Positions 28,663 to 37,901 of a stretch of 64,000 nucleotides of DNA are shown in pieces. The notes beneath the pieces were generated by a model that searched no databases, was not told where the DNA came from, and was given only the letters and a program-made list of their open reading frames with translations. The translations under genes and the position numbers were made by a program. This DNA comes from an uncultured delta proteobacterium (lineage in GTDB: Bacteria > Myxococcota_A > Polyangia > Polyangiales > Houyiibacteriaceae), in assembly GCA_963699755.1 (NCBI GenBank), contig CAVOVB010000002.1, forward strand, positions 672,001-736,000, given 5' to 3'. Within the stretch, counting starts at the first letter, position 1, and every line of letters starts with the position of its first letter.

Positions 28663-30480
28663 ATGGTTCCGCGGCCGAGGCGCGATCGGGCACAGCTTCT
28701 CGGCTTGTTTCGCCAGTTGAAGCAGGGGATGAGTCTCGTCTGGACGACGAGCCGCGGCTTGAGCTTCGCGCTCGGGGCCTTGAGCTTGGTCGCCGGAGTC
28801 ATCCCTGCAGCGGCAGCCTGGGTGGGAAAGCTGATCGTCGACGCGGTCGTTCGCGCCGCCGAGACGGGTGCGACCGAAGATCAGCGTGCCGCGTTGACCT
28901 GGGTCCTTGCGGAGCTTGGCCTGGTGATAGTTCTGGCGGGAGCCCAGAAGGGGCTGAGCACCTGCCAACAACTCCTGCGTGCGCTGCTCGGACAACGGGT
29001 CAACGAGATGATTCTCGAGAAGGCACTGACCCTCGACCTGGCTGCCTTCGAAGACTCCGAGCTCTACGATCGAATGACCCGTGCGCGGCGCGAAGCATCC
29101 CAGCGTCCACTCAGCCTGGTGACGCGGAGCTTTCAGCTGGCTCAGCATTCGTTTTCGTTGATCGCTTACGGCGGGCTCCTGCTGCAACTCTCGGTCTGGG
29201 CGCTCGCGGTCCTGGTCGTCGCAGCCATCCCTTCTTTCTTCGTCGAGACGCATTTCTCAGCAGACGCATTTCGGCTCTTCACCTGGCGCGCGCCCGAAAC
29301 GCGGAAGCAGAACTACCTCGAGGTCCTGCTCGCGCGGGAAGACTTCGCCAAGGAGGTCAAGCTCTTCGACCTCGGCCCGGTCTTCCTGGATCGGTATCGT
29401 GAGATCTTTCGCGATCTCTATGCGGAAGATCGCGCGCTCACCCTGCGCCGGGGAGCCTGGAGCTTCCTGCTCGGCCTCTTGAGCACGGTAGCCTTCTACG
29501 GCGCGTATGCCTGGATCGCCGTCGAGACAATCGCGAAGCGCATCACCCTCGGAGACATGACGATGTACCTGCTGGTGTTCAGACAGGGGCAATCCGCCTT
29601 GGCGTCGATCCTCGCGTCGATCGGCGGGATGTACGAAGACAGCCTCTATCTCTCGAACCTCTACGAGTATCTGGAGTACGAAATACCGGCCGAAGGCGGC
29701 TCGGCAAGCGAAGGCCCGACGCCAGGCGATGGCATCCGGTTCGAGAACGTGTCCTTCACCTACCCAGGGGTCGAAAAGCCCGCCCTTCGGTCCGTGAGCC
29801 TGCACCTACACCCCGGACGAAAGCTTGCACTGGTCGGCGAGAACGGTGCGGGGAAAACCACCCTGATCAAGCTCCTCACCCGACTGTATCGGCCGACCGA
29901 GGGTCGAATCACCCTCGACGGGCTCGAGCTGGACGCCTGGAGTCTCGACGTGCTTCGCAAGAGGGTTGGCGTGATCTTTCAAGATTTCGTGCGCTACCAG
30001 CTCGTTGCAGGCGAAAACGTCGGCGTCGGCGACGCACGAGGCTTCAGCGACCCCGAGAAATGGCAGACCGCTGCCGAAAAGGGCATGGCCCACGAGTTCA
30101 TCGAACGCTTGCCTTCGGGTTACGATACGCAGCTCGGGCGCTGGTTCGAAGATGGGCACGAGCTCTCCCTCGGCCAGTGGCAGAAGATCGCACTCTCACG
30201 CGCGTTCATGCGCGACGAAGCAGACATTTTGGTTCTCGACGAACCGACGGCCTCGATGGATGCGGAGGCAGAGGCCAGGGTCTTCGAGCGCTTCGGCCGC
30301 CTCTCCGAGAACAAGATGGTGATCCTCATTTCCCACCGATTTTCGACGGTCCGCATGGCAGATGAAATCGTCGTGCTCGAACGTGGCCAAGTCACCGAGA
30401 GAGGTACGCACGACTCTTTGATGAACCAAGATGGACAATACGCCCATCTGTTCAAGCTCCAGGCGGCGGGCTACCGCTAG
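28663..30480 (+). CDS. ABC exporter, fused permease/ATPase
   Basis: N-terminal TMD, GENGAGKTT, LSLGQWQK, LVLDEPT, ISHR. Confidence 0.93.
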   Translation: MVPRPRRDRAQLLGLFRQLKQGMSLVWTTSRGLSFALGALSLVAGVIPAAAAWVGKLIVDAVVRAAETGATEDQRAALTWVLAELGLVIVLAGAQKGLSTCQQLLRALLGQRVNEMILEKALTLDLAAFEDSELYDRMTRARREASQRPLSLVTRSFQLAQHSFSLIAYGGLLLQLSVWALAVLVVAAIPSFFVETHFSADAFRLFTWRAPETRKQNYLEVLLAREDFAKEVKLFDLGPVFLDRYREIFRDLYAEDRALTLRRGAWSFLLGLLSTVAFYGAYAWIAVETIAKRITLGDMTMYLLVFRQGQSALASILASIGGMYEDSLYLSNLYEYLEYEIPAEGGSASEGPTPGDGIRFENVSFTYPGVEKPALRSVSLHLHPGRKLALVGENGAGKTTLIKLLTRLYRPTEGRITLDGLELDAWSLDVLRKRVGVIFQDFVRYQLVAGENVGVGDARGFSDPEKWQTAAEKGMAHEFIERLPSGYDTQLGRWFEDGHELSLGQWQKIALSRAFMRDEADILVLDEPTASMDAEAEARVFERFGRLSENKMVILISHRFSTVRMADEIVVLERGQVTERGTHDSLMNQDGQYAHLFKLQAAGYR

Positions 30481-30497
30481 TGACTGAGAGGCGCCGC

Positions 30498-31799
30498 CTA
30501 GTACCAGTCCCAGGAGAAGTCGACGTAGAAACCGTTGATGCCGAACTTGTAGTCGCCGGCATAGCCACAAGCAGGGCATTCGGCGAGCAGCTCGGTCTGG
30601 CGGAGGGAGTCGTCTTCGGTCGACGGCGTTTGCGGATTCACCGGATCGTCGATGAGCACTTTGCCAAAGCGTCGCGCGTAAGCGACGTTGATTTCCCAGG
30701 GCCCGTGGTCGTAGCCGATCCCGGCCGTGACCGAATAGGTGTCGGTGGGCGGCGTCGAAAAGCCACTGGGGTACTTGAAGTTCGTCGACCTCGAGTCGTA
30801 GATGAAGCCGAGCCGAAGCGGAATCTTCTCTTCGTATACGCGGTATTCCGCGCCGGCACGCCAGGTCCACTGATCCCTCCATTTGAAGACGTTGGCGATC
30901 GCTGCATCGACTGGCTCCGTGTGAATGGTGAGGCTGTCGTTTTGCGAATTGAAGCCCCATTCGAAGTCACTCATGAACGCGAACTGGGCCCAGTCGAAAC
31001 GGAAACCCCCGCTAATGCGCGCGGGAAGCGTGATCTCCGTCTCGGCCTTGGTCCAATAGCTTCCTTGCCCGCTCGGCTTGCCGCTGCTGCGGTCTGCATC
31101 GCCGGACTGATCGATCTTGGTCTTGGTCTTGCTGCGGTAGTTCATTCCGATGGAGAAGTAGTCGGTGAACCGCCATTGGAAGCCGGCTCTGAATCCGGCA
31201 AAGCTGAACCCGGTCATCTTGATGTCGACGTCGGTGGGAATCGAGCCAAGAGCCGGAGGGCTGTTGCGAGATCGTGCAAGGGACGCGTAGGTGACTCGAT
31301 ACCCGAAGCCGATGCGGAGGCCGATCTTGTCGATGTTGACCGCGATCGCAGGGGACGCCTCCATGAAGATCAGCGAAGTCTTGTCGGTGACGTCCTGGCC
31401 ATCTTGTTGGTACTTGTACTCGCCGGAGGCCGCGGCGACCGGATAGACCGCCATCCCAAGCGTGACGTAGTCATGCACTCGACCCGAGCCGCCCACGAGA
31501 AAGAAGGGCGCGATGACCGGTTCAGACGTGATGCTCCGCGGACCGAACAGATACGGAGTCGACCGAAGCTCACCGTTGAGAAGGGAAACGTCAATTAAGA
31601 GGTTCCCTTTGCCGATCTGCCCCATCCCCGAGGGGTTGTGAAAGATAGCAGAGCTATCGTGTACGTCGGCAACGGCAGTCCCGCCTGCACCGATGTGCCT
31701 CGCCGAATAGAGGATCGGAATGTCGTATCCGGCTGCGGCTGCCGTCGAGGCGGTCATCAAGACCGCGATGACCGCCGAGCCAGCCAATCTGCCCATCAT
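30498..31799 (-). CDS. FadL/TodX-family outer-membrane channel
   Basis: Signal peptide, GAGG..VA...SAIFHNPSG (NPA-like), beta-strand pattern, aromatic C-terminus. Confidence 0.82.
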   Translation of the reverse strand: MMGRLAGSAVIAVLMTASTAAAAGYDIPILYSARHIGAGGTAVADVHDSSAIFHNPSGMGQIGKGNLLIDVSLLNGELRSTPYLFGPRSITSEPVIAPFFLVGGSGRVHDYVTLGMAVYPVAAASGEYKYQQDGQDVTDKTSLIFMEASPAIAVNIDKIGLRIGFGYRVTYASLARSRNSPPALGSIPTDVDIKMTGFSFAGFRAGFQWRFTDYFSIGMNYRSKTKTKIDQSGDADRSSGKPSGQGSYWTKAETEITLPARISGGFRFDWAQFAFMSDFEWGFNSQNDSLTIHTEPVDAAIANVFKWRDQWTWRAGAEYRVYEEKIPLRLGFIYDSRSTNFKYPSGFSTPPTDTYSVTAGIGYDHGPWEINVAYARRFGKVLIDDPVNPQTPSTEDDSLRQTELLAECPACGYAGDYKFGINGFYVDFSWDWY

Positions 31800-31874
31800 G
31801 ACGCCTCCACCAGTCGCGTTGGTACCAGGAAAGGTGCTGAGAGCACAAGGGCTTGCTGCGGTGTTTGTCGAAGA

Positions 31875-34061
31875 CTACGAATAGAAGCTGCGACCTGCGG
31901 CGACCATGTCGCGGAGGAGCTTCGGCGGCTCGAAGCGCTCGCCGTAGCGGGCGCTTAGGGCGTCTGCGTCTCGAACGAACTCCGCCAGGCCATAGTTGTC
32001 GATGTAGGTGAACGGGCCGCCGGTGAAGGCAGGGAACCCCACCGCCATGATGACTCCGACATCGCCGTCCCGGACGTCGGTGAGGACACCCTGCTCGAGA
32101 CATCGAGCGGCCTCCAAGCACTGCACGAAAATATAGCGTTGCCGGACCGTCTCCACGCTTGGCTGCTCTTCGCGGGTTTCGATCCAGCGGCCCATCGCGG
32201 TGCCGAGCTCGGGCCAGAGGCACTTGCCCCCGTCGTGATAGTCATAGAAGCCAGCCGGCCTGCGGGGCGTTCCATCTTCTTTGGATGGCGGATGCGCGCC
32301 CCAGCGATCGTAATCTTCTATGAGCGATGCGATGATCGCTTGCGCAGGCGAGGGTGCCCACTTCTTCCGAGCGGCGGCGGCGTCCTTCTCCGCCTGCTTG
32401 GCAACCTTGTACATCGTTCCGAGACCAACCTGATCGGAAATGCCGAGCGGCGGCATCGGCATCCCGGCGGCCTTTGCCGCGTTTTCGATCAAAGCAGGCT
32501 TCACGCCCTCGACGAGGAGGTGATTGCCTTCGGAGATGAAGGTCCCGAACACGCGACTCGTGTAGAAGCCTGGGCTGTCGTTGACGACGATGCCGGCCTT
32601 CTTGATCTTGAGAATGAAGTCCCAGGCCTTGGCCAGCGTCCGCTCGGATGTCTGCTTGCCGACTACGATCTCGACCATCTGCATTCGTTCGACAGGCGAG
32701 AAGAAGTGGAGGCCTATGAAGTTCTCCGGTCGGCTCGACGCCTTTGCGAGGTCGGTGATCGGCAAGCCCGAGGTATTCGACGCGAAGATCGCCTCGTCGC
32801 CGAGTTGTTCGTCCGTGGCCTTGGTGACCTCGGCCTTGATATCGCGGTCCTCGAAGACCGCTTCGACGACGACGTCGCAGCCTTTGAGGTCCTCGTAGAT
32901 CTCACTCGGATGAATCCGACTCAGAATGCCTTCAATCCGATCAGGGGTCGTGCGGCCTTTCTTGAGACGACGGTCGAGAGTCTTGGAGACCTTGTCCTTG
33001 CCCCGCTCCGCGCTCGCCAGGTCGCGGTCGAGCAGAACGACGTCGATCCCAGCCTTCGCCGAAACCTGGGCGATGCCCTGCCCCATCAGGCCTGCGCCGA
33101 CGATGCCGACCTTCTTCACGTCGAAGCGGGGCACGTCCCTGGGCCTGCGAGCGCCCTTTTGGCATTCCTGAAGGCTGAAGAAGAGGGTTCGCAGCATGCT
33201 CCGTGCGGTCGGGTCCTGAAGGACATGAATGAACTGCCGGGTCTCCACCTTGCCGGCGCGATCCATTGGAAGCCCAAGGCCGTCGTAGATGGCTTGGAGG
33301 ATCGCCTGCTGGGACGGCATGTTTCCGAACGTGGCCGCGTGGGTCATCGCATTCGCGCCCATGAGGGTTTGAGCGAACGTGACCGACCCGGCGCCGCCAC
33401 CGGGCACCTCGTAGCGCTTCTGGTCCCAGGGCTGGGTGGCGTTGCCGTCCTCTCGGATCCACTTCTTGGCAGCGGGGATCAGGTCGGCCGGCTCGACGAG
33501 CTCATCGACGAGGCCCTGCTGGAACGCCTCGTCGGGGCCGAGCTGCTTGCCCTGCATGATCAGTCCAAGCGCGCTTTGCACGCCGATCAAGCGTGGAAGT
33601 CGCTGCGTGCCACCTGCCCCGGGCATCAGGCCGAGGCCCGCCTCGGGCAGACCGACCTGTGCGTGTCGCTGGTTGACTAGAATGCGACGGTGGCAAGCGA
33701 GCGCGATCTCATAGCCGCCACCGAGAGTCGCGCCATTGAGCGCTGCGACCACCGGCTTCCCACATGTTTCCATCCGTCGAAGCTGGTCGAGGACTGCGCC
33801 GCTGCGCTTCAAGAGGTCGGCAGCGTCGATCGGCCCAGACCCGAGCGATTCGATCTGCTGGAGGTCACCGCCTGCAACGAAGACGCCCGGCTTTCGGGAA
33901 GTGAGAATGACGCCCTCCACGTCATCATCGACCACCGCCTTTTCAATGCCGACACTGAGCTCGGCGAGCGCGTCCCCGCTCAGCACGTTCATCGGACGGT
34001 CCTTGTCGTCCCAGCTCAGGATCGCCACGCCATCTTCCACTCGATAATCGATAATCGCCAT
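31875..34061 (-). CDS. fadB: Fatty-acid oxidation complex alpha subunit (enoyl-CoA hydratase/3-hydroxyacyl-CoA dehydrogenase)
   Basis: AGGDL, LGGGYE, GLPE..LGL.PGAGGTQRLPR, GAGLMG, EAVFE, SNTS, HFFSP. Confidence 0.93.
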   Translation of the reverse strand: MAIIDYRVEDGVAILSWDDKDRPMNVLSGDALAELSVGIEKAVVDDDVEGVILTSRKPGVFVAGGDLQQIESLGSGPIDAADLLKRSGAVLDQLRRMETCGKPVVAALNGATLGGGYEIALACHRRILVNQRHAQVGLPEAGLGLMPGAGGTQRLPRLIGVQSALGLIMQGKQLGPDEAFQQGLVDELVEPADLIPAAKKWIREDGNATQPWDQKRYEVPGGGAGSVTFAQTLMGANAMTHAATFGNMPSQQAILQAIYDGLGLPMDRAGKVETRQFIHVLQDPTARSMLRTLFFSLQECQKGARRPRDVPRFDVKKVGIVGAGLMGQGIAQVSAKAGIDVVLLDRDLASAERGKDKVSKTLDRRLKKGRTTPDRIEGILSRIHPSEIYEDLKGCDVVVEAVFEDRDIKAEVTKATDEQLGDEAIFASNTSGLPITDLAKASSRPENFIGLHFFSPVERMQMVEIVVGKQTSERTLAKAWDFILKIKKAGIVVNDSPGFYTSRVFGTFISEGNHLLVEGVKPALIENAAKAAGMPMPPLGISDQVGLGTMYKVAKQAEKDAAAARKKWAPSPAQAIIASLIEDYDRWGAHPPSKEDGTPRRPAGFYDYHDGGKCLWPELGTAMGRWIETREEQPSVETVRQRYIFVQCLEAARCLEQGVLTDVRDGDVGVIMAVGFPAFTGGPFTYIDNYGLAEFVRDADALSARYGERFEPPKLLRDMVAAGRSFYS

Positions 34062-34065
34062 CTGC

Positions 34066-35277
34066 CTAGACCCGCTCGATGATGGTCGAAGTTCCCATGC
34101 CTGCGCCGACGCACAAAGTGATCAGCGCGGTGCTGAGGTCGCGCCGCTCGAGCTCGTCGACCATGGTTCCGAGAAGCATGGCTCCGGTGGCGCCGAGCGG
34201 ATGACCAAACGCAATCGCCCCGCCGTTCACGTTGGTGACAGCATGGTCGATACCCATCTCCTCCATGAACAGGAGACAGACCGATGAGAACGCTTCGTTG
34301 ATCTCCCAAAGGTCGATGTCGGAGGTTTGCATCCCTGCCTTTGCAAGCGCTTTTCGCGAGGCGGGCATCGGACCGGTCAACATGATGCAGGGCTCGCTGC
34401 CGACCGTAGCGGACTTCACGATTCGCGCGCGCGGCTTGAGCCCGAGGCGCTCGCCGGCTTGCTTAGTGCCGAGCAAGACCGCCGCGGCCCCGTCGACGAT
34501 GCCCGAGGAGTTGCCGGCATGGTGTACGTGATGGATCTGTTCGACGTCGGGGTGCTTCTGAATGGCAACCGCGTCGAAGCCAAAGTTACGGCCCATCATC
34601 TCGAAGCTCGGCTCGAGCTGCGAAAGGTCTTCGAGCGTGGTGCCGGGGCGCATATGCTCGTCTCGCTCGAGCATCATGACACCGATGTTGTCCTTCACGG
34701 GAACGATCGACTTGGCGAAATGCTCGCCTTCCCACGCGGCGGCGCCGCGACGCTGGCTCTCCACCGCAAAGGCGTCGACATCTCGGCGACTGTACCCGTA
34801 CTTCGTCGCGATGAGGTCGGCGCCGATGCCCTGGGGCACGAAGGACGTTTTCCAAGCGAGCTCCGGGTCGGTCGACCAAGCGCCTCCCGCAGCGCCCATC
34901 GAAATCCGGCTCATGCTCTCCATCCCGCCGCCGACGATCAGATCGACGTCGCCCGCCTTAACCTTCGCCGCAGCGATGTTCACCGCTTCGAGGCCGGACG
35001 AGCAGAATCGGTTGAGCTGAACGCCGGGGACGCTGTCGTCGTACCCCGCGATCATAGCCCCCATGCGACCGACGTTCGCGCCTTGCTCCGCTACTGGTTC
35101 GACGCAACCCAGGATCACGTCTTCGATCTCCCTGCTGTCGAAGCCCCCTCGTTCTGGCAGCGCCTGCAGGACGGTCTTGGCCATGCGAAGCGGCGGTGCG
35201 TCGGCGAGGGCGCCGTCCTTCTTTCGTCCTTTGCCGCGCGGCGTGCGCACCGCGTCGTAGATGAAGCAATCCGTCAT
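34066..35277 (-). CDS. fadA: 3-ketoacyl-CoA thiolase (trifunctional enzyme beta subunit, mycobacterial FadA-like)
   Basis: [24 protein letters not shown]. Confidence 0.93.
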   Translation of the reverse strand: MTDCFIYDAVRTPRGKGRKKDGALADAPPLRMAKTVLQALPERGGFDSREIEDVILGCVEPVAEQGANVGRMGAMIAGYDDSVPGVQLNRFCSSGLEAVNIAAAKVKAGDVDLIVGGGMESMSRISMGAAGGAWSTDPELAWKTSFVPQGIGADLIATKYGYSRRDVDAFAVESQRRGAAAWEGEHFAKSIVPVKDNIGVMMLERDEHMRPGTTLEDLSQLEPSFEMMGRNFGFDAVAIQKHPDVEQIHHVHHAGNSSGIVDGAAAVLLGTKQAGERLGLKPRARIVKSATVGSEPCIMLTGPMPASRKALAKAGMQTSDIDLWEINEAFSSVCLLFMEEMGIDHAVTNVNGGAIAFGHPLGATGAMLLGTMVDELERRDLSTALITLCVGAGMGTSTIIERV

Positions 35278-35340
35278 CGAGTTTCCTTTCGGGTGTTTCG
35301 AGCGCGCGGCTTCGAACCCTGGTCACGACCGGGTGGGCCG

Positions 35341-35362
35341 AAACTGGAACATGTTCTAGTTT
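35341..35362. promoter_or_regulatory. Palindromic operator matching the KstR motif TnnAACnnGTTnnA
   Basis: AAACTGGAACATGTTCTAGTTT, a 22-bp palindrome with one mismatched pair, 63 bp upstream of fadA. Confidence 0.75.
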
Positions 35363-35392
35363 GAGCGCCACCGCAGCGCAAACAGGCGAATT

Positions 35393-36289
35393 TCAGCGCC
35401 CCACAGTCCAGAAAAAGTCGGCCGAACGCTCCTCCGCCGGCAATTTGAGCTCAGCTTTCAGCTCATCGTGGGTGACCGGCAGCACCACGGCATAGGGCGC
35501 GGCGCCTCGCTTAGCGGCCCGGTCGGGGATGCCGAGGCCGCGTTTCACATGCACCCGGCCCGCGAAAACGACCATCTTGGCCGGGCCCCCGGCCCGCGCG
35601 AGCGTCTCGGCCACCCGCGAACCCATCGTTTCGTCCCAAAGGACCTGAGCCTGGTAGTACTGCTCGATCGCGCCGCCGACCGCGTGATCCTCGACGTCGA
35701 ACTCTGCATCGAAAAGCGCGCGATGTTCCTCGTTGCCGAGGTCGAGCTCGGGCAAGTCGTCCGCCAGCTCCGAGGACAAACCGTCGACGCCGTCTTTTGC
35801 GACGGCATACGCGAGCTCCTTTGGAGCGTTGAGGGCGACCACTTCGACGCCCCGATTGCGCGCGTACTCGAGAATCGGACGATACATGCTGAAGTCGAAA
35901 CCCCAGCGCTTGTCGTACTCGGTGTCACGGCGCAGCACCGTCTCGTCAATCTGACCGGCGCTCCATTTGTCGAGCGGCTCTTGGAACGGGACCTGAAACA
36001 TCTCCATTCCGATTGCAAGTGACGCCTCGCTGCGATGCAGTTGCCGTAGGATGGCGTATTGCACACCATGGTCGCTTGGCTGGTCGTGGCGCTCGCCCAC
36101 ATAGACGACGGCTTTGCTGCGGAGCACAGCCAGGAACGCTTCAGTCTCGATCGACTTTCCGGTCGCCGCATCGACCAAGGAAATCGGCTCTGACTGGCTG
36201 CGAACGATGGACTCCGCCGTTTGCGGGTCGGGTTTCACTGCCCCCGCACAGCCGACACAGACCAACAAGATGAGCGCTGCAAACTTCAT
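35393..36289 (-). CDS. ChaN-family (haem-uptake/TIKI-like) lipoprotein
   Basis: Signal with CVGC, VYVGERHD...H, IGMEMF, YRPIL, VALN, AQVLWDETM, AGRVH. ATG overlaps the orn TGA. Confidence 0.88.
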   Translation of the reverse strand: MKFAALILLVCVGCAGAVKPDPQTAESIVRSQSEPISLVDAATGKSIETEAFLAVLRSKAVVYVGERHDQPSDHGVQYAILRQLHRSEASLAIGMEMFQVPFQEPLDKWSAGQIDETVLRRDTEYDKRWGFDFSMYRPILEYARNRGVEVVALNAPKELAYAVAKDGVDGLSSELADDLPELDLGNEEHRALFDAEFDVEDHAVGGAIEQYYQAQVLWDETMGSRVAETLARAGGPAKMVVFAGRVHVKRGLGIPDRAAKRGAAPYAVVLPVTHDELKAELKLPAEERSADFFWTVGR

Positions 36290-36831
36290 CAGGCCGACGG
36301 AAGGAAGAGTGCCTTTCGGTAGTACTTGAGCTCCGCGATCGACTCCATCAAGTCGTCCATGGCGCGGTGGCTGCCCTTCTTCAGCGGGCGGGCGGCATAT
36401 TGCGCTGGATGCCAGCGCCGAGCGAGCTCTTTGATCGTCGAAACGTCGATGTTGCGGTAGTGGAGCCAGCCCTCGACCTCGGGGAGGTAGCGGGCGACGA
36501 AGCGACGGTCTTGATGAATCGAATTGCCGGCCAGAGGCGCTTCGTTCTTCTTCGTATGCTCCGAGAGGAAACCGAGAAGCGCCGCCGACGCCTCGGCCTC
36601 GTCCACCGTCGACTCGCGAACGCGCTCCGTGAGACCCGACTGCCCGTGATGCTTCGTGTTCCATTCGTCCATGGAGGCGAGAACCTCGTCCGATTGATGC
36701 AACACCAGGTTGGGGCCCTCAGCGACGACGTTGAGCTCGCCGTCGGTGACGAGAACCGCAACTTCCAAGATCCGATCGGTCTCTGGTTCGAGCCCGGACA
36801 TCTCCATATCCATCCATACGATTGCCGACAT
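36289..36831 (-). CDS. orn: Oligoribonuclease
   Basis: VWMDMEMSGL, MDEWNTKHHGQSGL, GNSIHQDRRF, HYRNIDVSTIKEL, HRAMDDL.ES. Confidence 0.97.
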   Translation of the reverse strand: MSAIVWMDMEMSGLEPETDRILEVAVLVTDGELNVVAEGPNLVLHQSDEVLASMDEWNTKHHGQSGLTERVRESTVDEAEASAALLGFLSEHTKKNEAPLAGNSIHQDRRFVARYLPEVEGWLHYRNIDVSTIKELARRWHPAQYAARPLKKGSHRAMDDLMESIAELKYYRKALFLPSA

Positions 36832-36957
36832 CTTGCTCGTCGCTGTTCTTAGCATGAGCTTGGCAGCGTTGCTTTCATCGAGGTCCTTGGGCATTGAACT
36901 CGCCCAGAACTCGCGTATAGACTGGCGTCCTATAGACGAGGGCCCTAGGAACCGACG

Positions 36958-37872
36958 GTGGAGTCAAGCGAGCACAAACTGAGTCAGCTTCGCCAGCTCG
37001 AAGCAGAAAGCATTCAGATCATCCGCGAAGCGGCCGCCGAGTTCGACAATCCCGTCATGATGTATTCGGTTGGGAAAGACTCATCGGTCATGCTTCGCTT
37101 GGCTGAGAAAGCGTTCGCACCCGGGCCCCTGCCCTTCCCGCTTCTGCACATCGATACGACCTGGAAGTTCCAGGACATGTATCGGTACCGGGACAAGATC
37201 GAGTCCACGGTCAAAGCCGAGCTCATCAAGTACACCAACCCCGAAGGCGTCGCGATGGGGATGAACCCCTTCGACTTCGGCAGCAAAAAGTACACCGACA
37301 TCATGAAGACCGAAGCGCTGAAACAGGCGCTCTCGAAGTACGAGTTTGATTGTGCGTTCGGTGGCGCACGGCGCGATGAGGAGAAGTCTCGCGCCAAGGA
37401 GCGAATCTTTTCGTTCCGCGACAGCCACCATCAGTGGGACCCGAAGAATCAGCGTCCTGAGCTCTGGAACGTCTACAACGCGAAGATCAAGAAGGGCGAG
37501 AACGTTCGAGTCTTCCCGCTGAGCAACTGGACCGAGCTCGATGTCTGGCTCTACGTTTGGCTCGAAGACATTCCTGTCGTGCCGCTTTACTTCGCGAAGG
37601 AGCGTCCGGTGGTGGAGCGCTCAGGCACTTGGATCCTGGTCGACGACGATCGGATGCGACTCGAACCCGGTGAAAAGTCGCAGATGAAGAAGGTACGATT
37701 TCGGACACTCGGCTGCTACCCGCTCAGCGGCGCGGTCGAATCCGAGGCGGACACGGTGCCAAAAGTCATCCAAGAAATGCTCCTAAACCGCTTCTCGGAA
37801 AGGCAGGGGCGCCTCATCGACTTCGATGAAGAAGGATCGATGGAAGTCAAAAAGCGCGAGGGCTACTTCTAG
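36958..37872 (+). CDS. cysD: Sulfate adenylyltransferase subunit 2
   Basis: [47 protein letters not shown]. Confidence 0.97.
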   Translation: MESSEHKLSQLRQLEAESIQIIREAAAEFDNPVMMYSVGKDSSVMLRLAEKAFAPGPLPFPLLHIDTTWKFQDMYRYRDKIESTVKAELIKYTNPEGVAMGMNPFDFGSKKYTDIMKTEALKQALSKYEFDCAFGGARRDEEKSRAKERIFSFRDSHHQWDPKNQRPELWNVYNAKIKKGENVRVFPLSNWTELDVWLYVWLEDIPVVPLYFAKERPVVERSGTWILVDDDRMRLEPGEKSQMKKVRFRTLGCYPLSGAVESEADTVPKVIQEMLLNRFSERQGRLIDFDEEGSMEVKKREGYF

Positions 37873-37901
37873 GCCGGGCGCGGGCTCTTCTAGGGAACGT
37901 C

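Noticed and set aside
32139..33680. 513-aa plus-strand ORF (similar cases at 57625-58965, 62656-63939, 25068-26330, 30480-31598)
   Set aside because: All lie antisense to well-supported genes and have no recognisable domains.
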